Shown here: piece by piece, positions 42,132 to 42,656 of the stretch | Position numbering within the stretch: the first letter of the stretch is position 1 | How the letters are laid out: each line of letters starts with the position of its first letter | Source: a virus | DNA: 42,656 nt | IMG/VR virus record: IMGVR_UViG_3300010352_000823 | Strand: one strand, 5' to 3' | Notes under the pieces: model-generated | Databases searched by the model: none | What the model was told of the DNA's origin: nothing | The model's input: the letters and a program-made list of their open reading frames with translations, nothing else | Made by a program: the position numbers and the translations under genes

Positions 42132-42656
42132 CTTCTTTCAATGGAGGTTCTAGGTCATCTTCGTCTGTATCATCAGGCTCTGGAACTTCTGGGACCAGGT
42201 CCGCATCTATTCCATTATAACCCGAAAATTCATCTTTTGATATTCTATTGCGAACCTCTTCGGCAGAGATGATATTACTCGACATCAAACTCGTATCAGC
42301 GTCAATCCGAATTTTACTCAATTCTGCAATTTCCTTATCTGTCATTGTTCTGATTGGATTCCAGCTTATAACAAAATTAACAGGTTCTTTCGATTCTTCT
42401 GGATTTGTATAATCAATCATTTTATTCAATTTTAACAATTCGGTTTCAAATACAGAAACTTGATTGGTTGAAATCGCATCGTAATAATTAGTTAATTCTG
42501 TATCCCCTGTGCTGAATCCTGATGGTGATGCGCCCAGAAGTTTAACAATAGGCAATTGGAAAGGGATTGTCATCAATTCAAGCTGCTTGGTCCAGAGCGG
42601 ATCAAGGCCAGATATTGGTGTTGTTATATTCTCGAATGTTTCTGTGTCTTTATCAA
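42118..42656 (-). CDS. Portal protein, C-terminal part (continuation of 1-1124 across the circular junction; 42530-42656 duplicates 1-127)
   Basis: Same frame as 1-1124 through the repeat; acidic C-terminal tail; stop at 42118. Confidence 0.75.
   Translation of the reverse strand, partial: DKDTETFENITTPISGLDPLWTKQLELMTIPFQLPIVKLLGASPSGFSTGDTELTNYYDAISTNQVSVFETELLKLNKMIDYTNPEESKEPVNFVISWNPIRTMTDKEIAELSKIRIDADTSLMSSNIISAEEVRNRISKDEFSGYNGIDADLVPEVPEPDDTDEDDLEPPLKEDEKK
42530..42656. repeat. Terminal redundancy copy B (identical to 1-127)
   Basis: Exact 127-nt identity with the window start. Confidence 0.95.

Noticed and set aside
1-42656. Looked for CRISPR arrays, integrase/excisionase, CI/Cro-type repressors, transposase, reverse transcriptase (DGR/retron) and toxin-antitoxin pairs
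   Set aside because: No spaced direct-repeat array, no tyrosine or serine recombinase, no DDE or RT motifs (for example YxDD) were recognised in any ORF. Their absence is by eye only and should be confirmed with profile searches.

Overview
The window is a complete, circularly closed genome of about 42.5 kb from a tailed dsDNA phage with a contractile tail. The first 127 bp are repeated exactly at the end, and the portal ORF reads in frame across that junction. The sequence is AT-rich (about one third GC by eye, not computed). Coding density is high, Shine-Dalgarno sites are strong, and several promoters are near the sigma70 consensus.

Gene layout: two arms diverge from a 360-bp control region at 10336-10697 and converge on a bidirectional terminator near 20840.
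- Plus arm, 10.7-20.8 kb (early and DNA metabolism): SF2 helicase, RecT-like annealase, YqaJ exonuclease, NinB-like protein, YopX, a minimal C5-MTase-like protein, an NPPF amino-MTase, a GapR (DUF2312) homolog, and many small ORFs.
- Minus arm, from 10.3 kb down through position 1 and wrapping to 20.9 kb: small early ORFs, then a 300-bp non-coding switch region. After that come an HTH regulator, a Stealth-family sugar-phosphate transferase with a GT-B-like partner, and a ParB-domain DNA MTase. The packaging and virion genes follow: TerS candidate, TerL, portal, MuF-like protein, a secreted moron, protease/scaffold, major capsid protein, connectors, sheath, tube, chaperones with a clear -1 frameshift, tape measure, baseplate, and tail fibres including a PKD plus BspA-type LRR protein. 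The arm ends with an HNH nuclease and an unusual lysis cassette.

I found no integrase, repressor, transposase, tRNA, CRISPR array or reverse transcriptase. The GapR homolog and the GH108 endolysin suggest an AT-rich Gram-negative host, probably an alphaproteobacterium; this is inference.

The most unusual content:
- the Stealth/GT pair next to the DNA methylase;
- three DNA methyltransferases, one of them abnormally short;
- a lysis cassette with two muramidase-like genes, one a lipoprotein with no canonical start codon, interrupted by a self-contained small-gene transcription unit;
- the LRR receptor-binding protein.

All family assignments come from motif recognition by eye. No database search was run.
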